Assembly (NCBI GenBank): GCA_964016885.1
Contig: CAXHJY010000694.1
Span: 81,333 to 145,332, forward strand
Origin: Eledone cirrhosa
Lineage: Eukaryota
Direction of reading: 5' to 3'
DNA length: 64,000 nucleotides
Shown: piece after piece, positions 63,421 through 64,000 of the stretch
Numbering within the stretch: position 1 is the first letter of the stretch
Layout: the number at the start of each line of letters is the position of its first letter
Notes under the pieces: generated by a model
What the model saw: the letters and a program-made list of their open reading frames with translations, nothing else
Databases searched by the model: none
What the model was told of the DNA's origin: nothing
Translations under genes and position numbers: made by a program

Positions 63421-64000
63421 TTTGAACAGAACTTTGATTTATGTAATTTCTATATATATATATAAAATGTATATATATAATATATATATATGTATATATA
63501 TATATTTATAAAATGTATATATATATATATAAAATGTATATATATATATATAAAATGTATATATATAATATATATATATAGTATATATATAATATATATG
63601 TAATGTATATATATAATATATATGTAATCTATATATATAATATATATATTATGTATATATATAATATTTATATTATGTATATATATAATATATATATATA
63701 ATGTATATATATATAATTGTTTCTATTTTAAGCACAAGGCCAGCAAATTACCCAGCACATTACTGGTACTTTATTTTATCGACCCCGTAATATATATATA
63801 ATGTATATATATATATAATGTTTCTACGTATGTTGGCTATGGACGAGAAAAGAGAAATTAGGTGGAAGCTATACGAAGAAGATGGGCAGTGATTTGGCCA
63901 CCACTGCAGACCCACGAACAAGAGGTTTCAGTTAAGGGTCTGAAATTCCCCCGATGAACTTTGAACACCTCTTGGCCAAGGCTATGTTCACTGAAGCTGA

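Overview
AT-rich, microsatellite-saturated metazoan DNA. The repeat repertoire (tRNA-headed SINEs, RTE, CR1/L2, Tx1 and CRE-type LINE relics, Penelope-like elements, TA-flanked MITEs, very long (TA)n/(TATG)n tracts) suggests an octopod cephalopod genome; this is inference. I found no intact host protein-coding gene, and nearly all listed ORFs are translations of simple repeats. The interpretable coding sequence is transposon debris: a Penelope GIY-YIG C-terminus (1850-2037, -), a Penelope RT core (28486-28720, +), RTE RT pieces, a CR1/L2 RT piece and three CRE-like restriction-like-endonuclease (RLE) ends. The most interesting signal is more than a dozen short modules embedded in (TA)n tracts. 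Several fold back on themselves, several carry full or partial minimal hammerhead-ribozyme cores (CTGANGA...GAAA), the short arms end at a fixed internal TA, and otherwise unrelated families share a GTATTGAGTAC/TGAGTGCTC motif about 35-50 bp from the microsatellite junction. Also notable are a 2.7-kb near-perfect palindrome (39671-42404) and an in-frame 39-bp minisatellite built from the RPD catalytic segment of an RLE endonuclease (3679-4033).
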